Shown here piece after piece: positions 26,779 to 40,018 of a stretch of DNA of 64,000 nt. The stretch comes from Narcine bancroftii (taxonomy: Eukaryota). The notes below the pieces were generated by a model, which saw only the letters and a list, made by a program, of their open reading frames with translations, was not told the origin of the DNA and made no database searches. The translations under genes and the position numbers were made by a program. Within the stretch, counting starts at the first letter, position 1. Every line of letters starts with the position of its first letter. The stretch lies in assembly GCF_036971445.1 (NCBI RefSeq), contig NC_091473.1, forward strand, positions 205,592,001 through 205,656,000. The letters run 5' to 3'.

Positions 26779-27215
26779 GGCAAAATTAGCAGATCTGTTA
26801 CTCTTCGCTTTGGAGCATTGAAGAATGAGAGGTGTCAATAGAGGTCTACAAGAATATGAGAACCATAGAACTATAGATAAGGTGGACAGCCACAACCCTT
26901 TCCCTAGGACAGGAATAGCAAGCACCAGAGGACATATGTTCATCGTGAACGGAGACAAGTTTAACGAAATCATCTGACGTTTTTTGAACACAGAGAGTTG
27001 TGGGTGCGTGGATATCCTTTCTCGGGTTCGTGGTGAAGTCGGAAACATTAGGTGCAATTAGGAGATTCTTAAACAGGCACATGGATGAAAGAAATATAGG
27101 TTATGAGGTGGTGGTGGTGTGGTGTTCGTAGCTTTTTAAATAATGAATACAGGCGTCAGTACAATATCGAGGTTCTAATTGCCTGTACTGTGCAGTACTA
27201 TTCAATGTTCTATTG
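26779..27215 (+). mobile_element. CR1-like LINE 3' fragment (continues 24720-24894)
   Basis: Remnant resembling the CR1 ORF2 C-terminus (IEVYK...TRGH...F*TQRVV). Confidence 0.7.
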
Positions 27216-27339
27216 TCCACTCCCACTGGCGCGTTAGTATTTAGTTTTAAAGAATATATGGGGTGGCAAACATCGAGGGTCGGAGAGCCTGTATTATGCT
27301 GTCATGTTATATGTTCTGTTCTATAGTATTCTGCTGTCA

Positions 27340-27478
27340 TGTTTTATGCCGTTTACGATTCAAATAATTTGCGTATCCCTTCAACTCTCTCAGTGACCCA
27401 TGTGATTAATTCTGGAATATTTCTGTTTGTCACGAGACACATACTGGAGCGGTGGAGCAGCGGATCCTAATATAGACC
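27340..27478 (+). pseudogene. 3' fragment of a TCR V with degenerate 23-RSS
   Basis: FYAVYDSNNLRIPSTLSVTHVINSGIF, then CATACTG-23-ATATAGACC (27440-27478); the 5' part is replaced by CR1-like sequence. Confidence 0.68.
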
Positions 27479-28048
27479 ATGGATAGTTCAATCGGGCTCT
27501 CACCAAAGGGGGCACTTGCTCCGTTAAACGTGTGTTCATATGAAGATCATTTTGATAGGAATGAGCATAAAAGTTGTAACTGTTTTTATATTCAAGTCCT
27601 TCAATATTCCCAACAAGCTAAATACCTGGACCTAATGAACACCACCTGCTTCCATTCTGACCACCAGAGTGATCATGGGGAGAAACACATAAGTTTGGAG
27701 GCACTGTAACTGTAGTAAATACACACTGCTTATTTTGAATATTCCTTGAATAAGGGCTCGCAAATATATCTTTTTATTTTATGAATGCTGAAAAGCTCGG
27801 CTGAGTTCCGAGATAATTTTAATGTACCTTCACCAGAAGGATCAACAATGTCCATCTGCCATCTATACTTGGAAGATGATTGAATGGCATCGTTCTACTG
27901 ATCGAATTTCTTTCTCAATCAGGAGAAGAGATTCCACAATCCTCTCCTTTAAACGATAATCGATTCATAATGCATCAGATATTTGGGGTACAACGTATCT
28001 TTTGCTTTTTGTGAATTTCTGAGGAAGGGTAATGCAGAAATTGAGAGA

Positions 28049-28383
28049 NNNNNNNNNNNNNNNNNNNNNNNNNNNNNNNNNNNNNNNNNNNNNNNNNNNN
28101 NNNNNNNNNNNNNNNNNNNNNNNNNNNNNNNNNNNNNNNNNNNNNNNNNNNNNNNNNNNNNNNNNNNNNNNNNNNNNNNNNNNNNNNNNNNNNNNNNNNN
28201 NNNNNNNNNNNNNNNNNNNNNNNNNNNNNNNNNNNNNNNNNNNNNNNNNNNNNNNNNNNNNNNNNNNNNNNNNNNNNNNNNNNNNNNNNNNNNNNNNNNN
28301 NNNNNNNNNNNNNNNNNNNNNNNNNNNNNNNNNNNNNNNNNNNNNNNNNNNNNNNNNNNNNNNNNNNNNNNNNNNNNNNNNNN
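28049..28383. other. Assembly gap
   Basis: N run. Confidence 1.
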
Positions 28384-28652
28384 CTTCTGTGTAATCCTCC
28401 TCCTTAGTGAGTCTTGAAGAAAGGAATCTGCCTCATATCTGTATTTTTTCCAAATTCATCGATCTGCTGCATGAACACTGTGAATGTATTTTGCTGTTTA
28501 TTTTACATTTGGAAACAGCGAACATGTCTTTTCTCTTGTCCACTCCGTTCATACTCTTCATATTTCACAGTTAAAATTTGATTGAATGTTGGTTTCAGTC
28601 CCTGTTTCGACTCTCGTGCAGACTAATCACACTCAAAATGCTTTATTTCTGG

Positions 28653-29125
28653 AGTCTCTGGCGTTGATTCAATTCCACAATATTTGTCTGAGATAATGGT
28701 GGTAAACGGAGGAGCTGCACATCCGAACAGCTTACACCATGTTGTCCTGCATTATACGATGATTATGGACCACCCTGGAACATCCGCAGCACCAGAACAT
28801 TCCCCAAACCGCCATTTTGACCCAAGTCTCCGTGCCTCCCAATTTACACCCCATTATCTGACACCCCTAGTACGAATTTTGAACAGTGGTAGAAATCCCG
28901 ATCTCCCGGAGCAAACCCACATAGATATGTGGAGAATGTACAAACTGCCGACAGATTGCGCGGGACTCGAACCTCGCCCGGTCTTGATGGCTGTCGCTGT
29001 AAAGGCATTGCACTAACAGCAATGCAACAGTGACATGCTTCGCAGAAAACATTTGGTATGGTTCGCTCACTATTTCTGGAATTTGCTACCACCATCTCAA
29101 CCGTGTACTACGACGCTATGTTTCC
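28653..29125 (+). pseudogene. Highly degenerate TCR V pseudogene interrupted by a SINE
   Basis: VSGVDSIPQYLSEIMVVNGGAAHPNS...DHPGTS before the SINE; LTISGI...STVYYDAM after it. Confidence 0.55.
28795..29030 (-). mobile_element. tRNA-derived SINE, same family as 6920-7178
   Basis: B box GGTTCGAGTCCC on the minus strand; body similar to the 6920 copy. Confidence 0.7.
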
Positions 29126-30271
29126 GCATTGCTGCAGATGCACCACAAAACACGTTGTGCTTCTGAACAATCACCAGTGGGAGCTGTATCCAGTTGGAAA
29201 AGAACAGAGAAAGGCGAATTAACAAGGCACTACAGATGCTATTCTACATAGAAAGGAAGGAGAGAAAGAGAAAGATAGGGAGAAAAAGAAAGATAAATAG
29301 ATTGGTAGGTGGATAGATGGAGAAAGAGAGAGAGAGAAGGAAAAAGTGGAATGGTTGTGGATGGAAATGGTTTAGGGACTATGCCAAGTTGAAATCTGCG
29401 ACAGGGATATCGGGCCAGATAAACCCATAAAAGAAAATGATCATGTCCGAGCAGGAGACGAATCAAGCTGGCAGGGGGATGACATGTAATTTGATCATGT
29501 CCGGTGAGTAGCAGGGAAACAGCCAATGACGTATCAGGTGAATGCCACAAAGTCAGATCTCCCTTTCGGGAGAAGAAATGCAGCCTTTCTAAAGATATCG
29601 ACATTGGAAATATCATTTCCTCAGTAAATCCCCTGGCCTAATCTGTCATATTATTTCATGATCAGAAAATTTCTCTTCGTTGCTTATACTCAAATCACCA
29701 AAGTTGTTCCTAGTTCTAGACGGAATGTTCTCTTGCAATGAGTAAAAGGTTCCAATTTTTAATTTTTCTACCTTGATGGTAGTCGATTCCCAATATGACA
29801 CATTTTCTAGCGACAGCATTGCTTGTTTGTTTTCTCAATTCCCGAGGGAGGGTGAGCATCGCGGTACTTCAGTCAGCTTTGGCATACTGGAATAAATCTT
29901 CGACCTGTTGAACACAGTCTAAAGTATCGCATCATTATGCATGTATCCACGGATTGCAGTATAACAAATATAGAAATAATGAAACTAGCAACAGCTGTTG
30001 AGGCACATTCCACTTTCGTATGTAGGTTTGATCCTTCTTCCCGTTGTCACATATGTTTCGACCAGTTCCCAAAGATGCCACAGATGTGAGGGGCTGTGTT
30101 GTTCAGCAAATGACACATTAGCAGAGGGAGATTGGGAAATATCGAGTCTGAAAGAGACTGAGGCATAGACATCGAGAATGAGAGAAGCGAGATGCAAAAA
30201 GTGGAACCGGAATATTGGGGAGAATTCAAATGGATAAATGAAGGAGGTACACGCATCTTGCATGTTACCTA

Positions 30272-30302
30272 CCAATGGGAAGGATCACGATCACGTCATG
30301 TG
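30272..30302 (+). promoter_or_regulatory. Candidate V promoter: CCAAT plus CRE-like TCACGTCA overlapping E-box CATGTG
   Basis: About 120-150 bp upstream of the leader ATG at 30419; the same composite occurs at 1174, 4979, 20654 and 36910. CRE elements are established features of TCR V promoters. Confidence 0.6.
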
Positions 30303-30418
30303 TGATGGAAACGCCCCTTCGACTTGCCAAAACAAAATCGAGCTACTGATCTTCCTTCCTGTCACTTATTTGATCCGACACACAGCACATGGTTCAAGTT
30401 GTTGCTTTACCAGGTACC

Positions 30419-30855
30419 ATGATCTCGATCTGGGCCACATTAATGATATTGTTTGAATTCACCGGTGAGTCTTTATTCAAATGACTATTGTGACGACCGT
30501 GACTTCCATATCAGGCAGGTCATCTACATTTTATGTTTTTTGTTCCAGACGTCTATGGCGATGCTTCAATGTTGCAGTTTCCGCGTGATCTGGTGGCCGA
30601 AGAAGGAGAAACTGTTAAACTAAATTGAAGTTATCTGGCATCATACAATGCTTACACCGCGATCTGGTACACTCAGAATCCCGGGAAAGCACCAAATTAC
30701 CTACTGAAGATATCGACCTCGAACAATATAGATCGGTCCCATGGAATCTCATTGAGGTTTTCTGCTGACTATCAAAAAGAAACTCGGTCGATTCCTTTAA
30801 CAATCACAGACGTTCGTGTGTCTGATTCAGCCCTGTATCTCTGTGCCATGATCCC
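30419..30855 (+). pseudogene. TCR V segment, intact except TGA at Cys23 (leader 30419-30464, V exon 30549-30855)
   Basis: Leader MISIWATLMILFEFT-G followed by gtgagt; 84-nt intron. Exon VYGDASMLQFPRDLVAEEGETVKLN*SY...IWYTQNPGKAPNYLLKI...SDSALYLCAMI, with TGA at 30626-30628. Confidence 0.9.
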
Positions 30856-30894
30856 CACACTGCGACAACAAAGCAGCAGATCCGAACAGAAACA
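30856..30894 (+). promoter_or_regulatory. 23-spacer RSS
   Basis: CACACTG + 23 nt + ACAGAAACA. Confidence 0.88.
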
Positions 30895-31369
30895 TACCAT
30901 GGAAGTTCAAGCGCATCCAACAGAGGGAGCAGTCGCACCGGAATGCAGAGGAGGTCCAATTCAGAAATTAGTAAAGGCATGTTCTGTAAACATTTCCAAT
31001 TCCAAATCAAAGATGTGAAGATACGACTAATATATTTGAAGTACTATTTCATGCTATCGACAAGAATAATTCTCTTCAGCAATTGTTCTATACGAACAAT
31101 AGCTCTTAGTGCGCCTCAATGATCCTGTTTGATTCTTTCCTTCCTGGATGGTAATCTATTCACAATGTACCAGCTTCTTTTAGATAGTCTTTCTCTTGCT
31201 GCTGTTCAATAACTGAGCCAGTGTAATGGACACACCTTCTCACAACCACTGGTCTGCTAGGGAGTAAGTGAGATCACTTTTGGACATGCTGGGAGAGGTA
31301 GAGAAGATGCTCTTCCTCCCTTTTATTCTCCAGTTTCATTTTCACACTCGAATTTATGAGACGGGTTGG

Positions 31370-34300
31370 TTGGGTGTGGCGGCAGCGCGGAGCCTAATGG
31401 CGTAATGATGGTGGACTCATGACCCTCCTGGGGGATTCATGTATAAAATCCGAAATAAATGACTATTTAAAAATATATAAGTATATTATAACCTTCCAAA
31501 ACGTACTGGTATACTTTTGGATATGGCAACTAGAGGAAGGAAAATGGCAAGAGTCAAAAGAAATTGTGAGTAAAGATACAAAGAAAATCGAAGAAAAACA
31601 ACCATGCTTGAATGTGCAGCCAGAACCTCAGATTCCTAAGCCTCTGCGAGTGACACGCGTCTTCTTTCATCTGAAGGCAGCGACACCTGCTGAGACAAAC
31701 AGGGAGGGAAGTTTGCACCCGGTCTCTCCAGAAACTTGCAGAAGTTTATCCCCGCGCATGCACGAAAGAGACGCTCGACAGTGCCTTTCCAATTTGTGTT
31801 CGAATTATGGAACTGCAATCTGACATAGAAGAGCTGCCAGGAACCCCTGTTGCTTTGACAGCTGGTAATCAATGGAAAAAGGAAGATCAAGAAGAATCGG
31901 ATGAAGATGAATAAGATGATGAAGAGGAAGTGCTGAATGCTTCGGAATACGAAGCCCCAAATATGAGTCAATATCAAGTTATAAGGGCTTATGTTAGAAA
32001 TGTCAGATCTGACACGAAGAACGTTAAATGTGAAATGTTTAAACATGCTTCACAATTTAATCAAGATAAAGGAACACTTCAAAGAGTTGAACTGAATGGG
32101 AATATTGTTAAAATGATATGGATATCTGCATGGCTAGAATTGACAGTGTCCGATTTTCTGATTCTCTTTGGGAAAAGCAGAGAAAAGAAATGATGGAAAA
32201 TATGGATATGTTGGAAAATCAAAGTAGACGAAACAAACTTAAGTTTGTTGGTCTTAAAAAAGATTTTGAAGGAACTGAAAATCCTGTGGAACGTTTTTGA
32301 AAAGTGGAATCCCAGCATTAATGAAGAGTATTTTCCATTTAAAATTGAATTGGAAAGAACTCATAGAGCTTTACGGAGGAAGCCACAGATAAATCAATCA
32401 TTTAGAGCTATATTAATTAAGTGTATGCGATACCAGGGTAATGAAAAGATCTTATTACTCGCAGTTCAAAAAACAAGACAAAATATACGTCCAATGGTTA
32501 TTGATGGAAATAAAATTTAAATAAGCTGGTGGTGGATAGGATAAATGAATTTAATCCAGCGACAGCGATTTTTAGGAAGAAGGGATTTTAGTTTACTTTC
32601 AGACATCCAGCTACTTTAAAGATGTTTTTGGGTAATGAAAGATCCAAGTTTGTTTGTGGATGAGGAGGTAGCGCGAACTAGAATCACTTCCTACATTTAA
32701 AGAAGAGCAGCAGAAATTGTTGAGTTTTAAACGAGAAATACAAAGAGAAGTGATGAAAATACAAATCACCCTGAAGATGGCTGACCCGAAACAGATTGTG
32801 CTGTCAATAAGAGTTGCAATTGCCTCCGGAAACTCAGACTGAAAGAAATGTAATTGATGATGATCGTGAAGTAGTGGAANNNNNNNNNNNNNNNNNNNNN
32901 NNNNNNNNNNNNNNNNNNNNNNNNNNNNNNNNNNNNNNNNNNNNNNNNNNNNNNNNNNNNNNNNNNNNNNNNNNNNNNNNNNNNNNNNNNNNNNNNNNNN
33001 NNNNNNNNNNNNNNNNNNNNNNNNNNNNNNNNNNNNNNNNGGTTTGATGTTTTTCTTACTTCCTTGATGCGTTATCTTCCATATTGCACACTTTGAGTGG
33101 GATTTATTTTATATGTTTATATAATTTGTTGATTAATTATAAATTATTTTCTTTTGAAAATTCTTTATTTTTCTCCAACGATACGGAGACGAACAGGAAC
33201 TGGTTAGAATTGATGAAGGAGAACGGGATTGGAAGAGATTTGAATCTAAGACAATGGATGAAAAGAATATACTAAATCCTCTTAGTTTTAATGTTAATGG
33301 CTGAATAATAAAATTTAAAGAAAATGAACATGAAATCGTATGAAAAATACGAAATAGATATTGGATTATTACGAGAAACCAATTTGATAGAGAAGTTGAA
33401 AATTAAAAAAAAAGAAGATATGGTCGACCAATTGGTAGCTTTTTCTTTTAATTCGAAGACAAGAGGAGTAGCAATATTTATTCAAAAACATTACTGATCA
33501 AAATTGTAGAAACTATAATGGATTCTGGAGGAAGAAATGTTTTGATAAATTGTCAAATTTATTTTGAAATGTGGGCACATATGAGCATTTTGCACCAAAT
33601 GTCATTGATGAAGAATTTATAAGGCATACTATTTTTTTTAATTTTCGGCTCAATCTCAGGAAAAGGTTTTAAAATGAGGTGATATTTCATTGTTGACGTT
33701 GAATTATTGGATAAATCAGTTAAAACAATAAGGCGTGCTAAAGTGGGTAAGACTAATTTAAGTTTAATGAAGCAATTAAATGTAATTGAAACATGGAGAA
33801 AGATGAATCCTAAAGAGAAAGATTATTCTTATTATTCTCATAGACCTATTTATATTCGATAATAGTATTTTTATATTTTGGAACAGTTGCAAGAAAGAAT
33901 TAATAATATTGAATATAAAACGAGAATATTATCTGATCTATTTCTACTTTTATTGACATTTTCAATTCTTGAGGGAAAGGTGTGCTGTATAGTTAATGGT
34001 TTAATATGGCATTATTAAAAAGTGTGTATTTTTGTTATTTTAGAAGAAAATAATTTCAATTATTTTTTTAGAAATTAATTCTAATTCAGTAAACAATAAA
34101 TTTTATATTTGGCATGCATCCAAATCGTATTTACGAGGTCATATAATGTCATTCGAATAAAATTAAAAAAAGAATATATAAAATAATCAAATCAATAAAA
34201 CAACATAGTGGTAAATTAGAAAAGAAATGTACAAAATAATCCTTCTGAATTAAAAAACATAAAAAACATATAATTAATAAATATGAAATCTCCAATATCA

Positions 34301-36150
34301 TATTATTCATAAAAACAGAACTGGAAGTTTATTTCAAAGCACCAAACAGAGATATTAAGAATTAGGTTAAAGGGTTCATAAACGTTAAACATTGCAATTG
34401 AAAGCAGAACAGACATCTGGAATGATTAATACAGTTAAAAAATTCGGGACTTCTTACATGTAGACAACAAGAAATTCATTATGTATTTGAGGAGTTTGAT
34501 TCTGAATTATATCACTCAGAATAATAGCATAATGAAACTAGGATTAATGCGTTTTTTAAATAAAAGTCAAGTTACCTAGTTTAAATAATTAAGAACAAAA
34601 TTATTTGACTTTAGTATTGAGTTCATTACAAAATAATAAATCGTCAGGAGAAGATGGATCTCTTGTAGAGTTTTATAAGATATTTATGGATCTTTTAATG
34701 AGTTCATTTATGAAGGTGCTAAATCAACCAATATAGGTACATTCTCTACCAGTACTTTTCAACAGAAATAATTACAGTAGCATCAAAGAAAGATAGAGAT
34801 TTAATGTGACCAATTTCATCATTAAATATTTTTATAAAATAATAGATAAAAAGTTGGGAAATAGATTGGTTAAGTATTTGTCGAAGTTAATACACATAGA
34901 TCAAAATCGATTTGTTAAATATTAGAAAACTGCAGATACTTTGTTTGATTATTTTAATAACAAAGATTGATTTGCTTAATACATGTAGTTCAAATGATGG
35001 GAAATCTGAGTGTTGCAGTGCCTTTAAATGCTGAGAATGAATTTGATAAATTAGAATGAGATTTCCTCTTTAAATGTTTGGAGAAATGTTAATTAGGATC
35101 AATGTGTATAGATTAGGCTAAAATGATAAAAAAAAAGAAACCTAGTTCGAAGGCAGTGACTAATTGTCAGATTTGAACATCTTTTGATTTAACTAGATCA
35201 AGTAGGGATGGTTGCCCACTGTCACCAGCTTTATTCGTTTTAGCAATAGAATAATAGGCTGAATTAATAAGTCAGGATTCCAAGATTGTGGGTATTAAGA
35301 TAGATCAGGAAGAACTTTAAAATAAATTTATTTGCAGATGATGTTTTGATTTATTGAACAGATCCTTTAAATTCTATACAACAACATAAATTCAGAATAA
35401 AATTAAAGAGGATTTGATAAGATGGAATATGTTACCTTTTACTTTAAAAGGTAGAGTAAATTGTGTTAAGATAAATGTTTGACCTCGGATACAATTTTTA
35501 TTTCAATCAATTCCAAATGAAATTAATCAAAACAAATATAAGAAATTAAACATCTATTATAGAATGTTTTCATGGAAAAGAAAAATGGAAACAGTTTCTT
35601 TGTAAAATGTGATGTGAAAATATGATTTAGCAGGTTTACAGCTCCTCAATGTTATGAAATATTATATATCTGGCCAGTTGATATTTATTAATGTAATGTA
35701 TGGTTTCAATAAAGTTCCAACATGGATGAATATAGAAATGAATTACATTGGGGAAATAAATCCAGAAGAATTCATTTATAAATGGAATACAAGATTGTTA
35801 ATAGCGAATAGAGAAACATCCATACTGAAATATTAAATTAAGCTTTGGAATAAAGTTGATAAAGAGATTGGAGGTGAAGGGTTAATTTCAAGAAGAACAC
35901 CGTAATTTAAAAATAATTTATTCCAATTTCTATGGGAAATCAATTTTTAAATATTTGGAAAAATTATGGCATTAAAAAAATTAAAGGTTGTTTTGAAGCT
36001 GGGATATTGATTACTTTTAGTAGAATGAAGAAACAATTTAAGGTATTTGAATATACTCGATTATGTTTTTATCAAATTAAAGATTTTTATGTGAAAGTGT
36101 TGGTCAAGGTTCAATATTACCAGCAGAAAGAAGGGTAGAATTGTTATTAT
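31370..36150 (+). mobile_element. Old degenerate L1 of a second family: ORF1 and ORF2 (EN, RT)
   Basis: LENQSRRNKLKFVGL; LERTHRALR; GCPLSPALF; LFADDVLIY; many stops; spans an assembly gap. Confidence 0.88.
32880..33040. other. Assembly gap
   Basis: N run. Confidence 1.
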
Positions 36151-36909
36151 TTCAAGTATGCATGATTCATTTTCCCTTACATCGATTCCTACACTTTGGT
36201 CTGCCCTACGTATCTAGTTTCAATGCACATGTGCTTCTTTAGCAAACTTTCGTTCAAGAATATTTGTGCTCCTCCAGTTCAGATTGAATATGTCCCGTTG
36301 GAAAAGGTCCCGCCTTCCCTGGAAAACAGCCCGATTATCAAATAATCAGAAACCCTCTCTTCTGTAGCTTACCTTCTGTACTTTTCTTAAATGCACATGC
36401 ACGTGGCATTGGTAGCTACCCTGAGATTGCTATCCTGTAGGTCCTGCCCTTTAACATATCTCCTAATGAGCTAACACACCTTCCAGACCCTCCTCACCCT
36501 TCCTGTTCCCACGTGGACCATGACATCCCTCCCTCCTGAGTATCAGTAGAATGCGATCCGATGCAGGCCAATGTGCGGAGAGCCTCGTGACTAGCATATA
36601 TACCAATGTGAATATACTCTGTACATTTATTCCTCTGTATTAGAATACATCTCAGATTCGGTTTCTTGACTGTACTTCCGGATTACGTGTCACCTCCCAA
36701 ATATACACCTCATATTCTGAATTAAACTTCATCTACTTTTTAACTGCCCACCAGCAGATGAAATCTTTTGCAAAGGTCCTCACAATCTAAAATTACAGAC
36801 ACTTCAGTTTCATCCAGAAATTTGATAATACCGCCACGTACAGTTTCAATTTAATGATTGACGTAGATGATAAACAAAAATGGGCCGTGCACAATAGCAA
36901 ATGTACAAA

Positions 36910-36921
36910 TTACGTCACCTG
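36910..36921 (+). promoter_or_regulatory. CRE-like/E-box composite upstream of a V pseudogene
   Basis: TTACGTCACCTG. Confidence 0.5.
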
Positions 36922-37176
36922 TGAGCTATTAGCTAATTACATACTGGAGAAACACCATTTCGCAGAAAGAGAAAATTGCTCAGACATATCAGGGACTGGA
37001 ACATATTACAAAGAATCACGTCTCTCCCATTGGGTCTGGTGGTAAACATCGTGCTGAGACTGTGATCCTTACTAATAATGTCAAGGCTCCACATTGGTTT
37101 TCTCCAAAAATGCCTCCTGTGGTAACTTTAGTTTTCATTCACTTCTGGATATGGAAATATCTGCAATTTGTTGCAC

Positions 37177-37508
37177 AAGCATATGGAGATAACTCGTTGT
37201 CGCAAAATCATTTAAGCTGATGCTAGAAGAATAATGAAATGTAAGAATTAACTACAGTTACCCATCAGTATTTAATGACAACACTGTTATATGGTACATT
37301 TGGTGAACTGAAGAATAGTCAAAATATCTTCTTCATGTATTGAGTAATGGATTGGAAGCGTGATCACGATTCTCTAGTCCTGAGTTCAGCTGATTATCAT
37401 AAGAGTTTCAGTTTATTCCTTAAGCCATCTCTGTGATCATTGTATTTGATGCTGAAGTGTTTGTGTGTGTGCCATGACGCAGGGATGCAGCGGATCCAAA
37501 CATAGACC
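37177..37508 (+). pseudogene. Degenerate TCR V pseudogene; heptamer deleted, nonamer remnant kept
   Basis: AYGDNSLSQ...NYSYPSVFNDNTVIWYIW*TEE*SKYLLHVLSNG...DAEVF..CAM; nonamer ACATAGACC at 37500-37508; CRE at 36910. Confidence 0.78.
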
Positions 37509-37626
37509 AATACCCGGTAGTTCAAGCGAGCAGCCACCAAAAATGACACTTCCTGGGCTAAAGACTAGTGATGAGACGCAGAGCAATTTTCTTCTGTTTA
37601 TACCTGAATGAACATGGAATTTCATC

Positions 37627-40018
37627 ATGGCTAGAGTCAAGACGTGTAATCTCAACCTCTCTGGCTGGACTTTTATGTCCCAGTTTTTAACTCGTTGTTT
37701 TCAAGTTTAAACTTTTAAAGTTTTTTTAGCTTAAAGTATTGAGGAACTATTATGGCCATTAATGGTAAAAATATTAAACCTCAAGTGCAGAAGAAGTTAC
37801 ATTTTCGAAGTGGTGAAGATTTGGGGCCTAAACGACTTGTTACAGCTTCAGGTTTAATTTCCTCAGTGTCTAAACCACAAATACTGCCTGCGAGAGCTGA
37901 TAAAAAGTCTAGTACTCACCAAGTGAAGGATGGCTCTGGAATTACCCGTTCTCTGGAAGAAGGTGCGTGTTCCCAAGAAGTAGATCCCGATTCTGGAAGC
38001 TTTTCGATTTTAACAGAGGGAGTATGCAGGAAGACGACTCTATTGTTTGAAATACATCAGGAAGCATTTCAACCTGAAGATATCGCTTTCTTCCATGCTT
38101 TTGCGCTAAAACAACCAGCTGTGGCGAAAGTCCAGCGGCGACCCACTGAGGAAGTCGGGGTGTCGTCGCTCGGTGTTCAGACCCGCAGTAAAACCTCTAA
38201 AATGCCTTTTGTTGAGTTGCAGCAGGAGCTGCAGTTACCTGGTTCTGCCACTACGTCAGGGAAAGAAAATTCTAATTCTGTTCAAAGTAAGTTTGTATTA
38301 TGGGATGCTATGAAATCTTATTTGAGAGGACAAATAATTAGCTATAATTAGTTATACATCTAAAATAAAAAAGAATCGATTAAATTCGAGTCTTGAATTA
38401 GAGAAAAAGATCGAAGCGTTAGGAAAGGAATTTTAGAAAGATGCTACAGAAAATCAGAAAATAGAATTATCTAGGTTGAAATTGGAATATTATACTTTGC
38501 AATCTTATCAATTTGAATGTGTGATTAAATGGACTAAACAACGGTATTATGAATGGGGAGAGAAAACACATAAGGTATTGGCGTGGCATTTAAAGAAATA
38601 ACAGGATTCGAGGACCTTTATCACTTATAAACCTCGTGTGTTTAATGATGAATTTTGTTCATTTTATAAAAAGTTATATACATCTGAAGAAAAACAAGAA
38701 ACTGGATCGATTGATCTTGTTTTTTTTCACAGTTGAATTTACTGATACATCAATTTTTGTTTAGATGGAATATAAATTTGTTACAGCAACATAATGTGCC
38801 TATACTAAAACATTTATTGAATTTATGGATAAAGAAATATAAAATGATAGGCTCCACAGGTGTATTATCGGCTTTGACTCCGTTGTATATTAATCAACTT
38901 TTTCTTTTTCAATATACAATCGGTTTATTGCATTGGAGATTTAAAGGTGTGGAAAACTTGGAGATTGTTTTAAAGAGGGTAACTTTTTATCTTTTAATCA
39001 GATGAGGGACAGTTTTGGTATTTATAAGAACTCTGTTTCTTTATTATCAAATTCGTTTTTTGGTAAAACGTACGTTTAGTAGAGATATGATTGTATCTGA
39101 AATGACTAAATTTGAGAGTTTTCTTATGAAGATACCGGAGAAGGGTTATATTTCATCTATGTATCAAATATTACAGGATGCTATGGATAAAATGGGTTGG
39201 GATAGATCTAAAAGAAAATGTGAAGCGGATATTGGTTTTATTTTTTCCGAGTATGATTGGTTAGATATCTGTTAAGATAGTGTAACTAGATTGATAAATG
39301 CACGTTATGCAATGATTAACTATAATTTTCTACATCAATTATATTTAACAACTGAAAAATTTAAAAAGTATGGTTTTCCTGAATCAGATTTGTGTTTTAG
39401 ATGTGGTAATTCTGTTTGAACTTTTTTCATTCTGTTTGGTCATGTATACATATACAATCTATTTGGAAGAATATTCAATTGTTTTTAGAATACCTGTAAA
39501 AGATTAAAATACCTTTAGATCCGACAGTATTTTTATTGGGTAGTTTGCAACCTCTGAAAGGTTTGGGATTAGATAAGTTTCAACTTACTTTTGTATATTT
39601 AGCTTTATCTGTAGCGAAAATAATGTATTGCTAGTACGTGGAAAGATACAAATATGATTGATATTAATAGATGCCATAATGAGATTAAATATTGTTTAAT
39701 AACGGAAAAAATTACACATGTTTCACGTGATAATTATAGGTATTTTTATTAATAAGTGATTGTTATTCTCAGAGTATTTACATTTCAATTTATATTGATT
39801 AGATCTCAATATGTATGTTGAATTTTTCTTTAATATGTTTTCTTTTTTCTTTCTTTATGGGTCTCCTTAGGAGAGTTGGGTGATTGGCGGGGGTGGGGGG
39901 GGGGGGTTCTTTTCTTTTTTTTTTCTATATATAAAAAATAGCGTTCAAGTCTATGGTAAATTGTTGTGTATGTTATGTAGTATTTGTTTTTGAATGGATA
40001 AGTAAAGTTAAAAAAACA
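37627..40018 (+). mobile_element. Internally deleted L1 with both termini and a 10-bp TSD
   Basis: TSD GAATTTCATC at 37617-37626 and 40019-40028; empty paralogous site near 8638; ORF1 fused to mid-ORF2 at ~38258; RT removed at ~38740. Confidence 0.9.

Noticed and set aside
27983-28417. ORFs spanning N runs (also 13075-13487 and 32814-33047)
   Set aside because: Artefacts of assembly gaps.
30626-30628. Selenocysteine read-through at Cys23 TGA
   Set aside because: It would need a SECIS in the C-region 3' UTR, and there is no evidence here. A single nonsense mutation is simpler.
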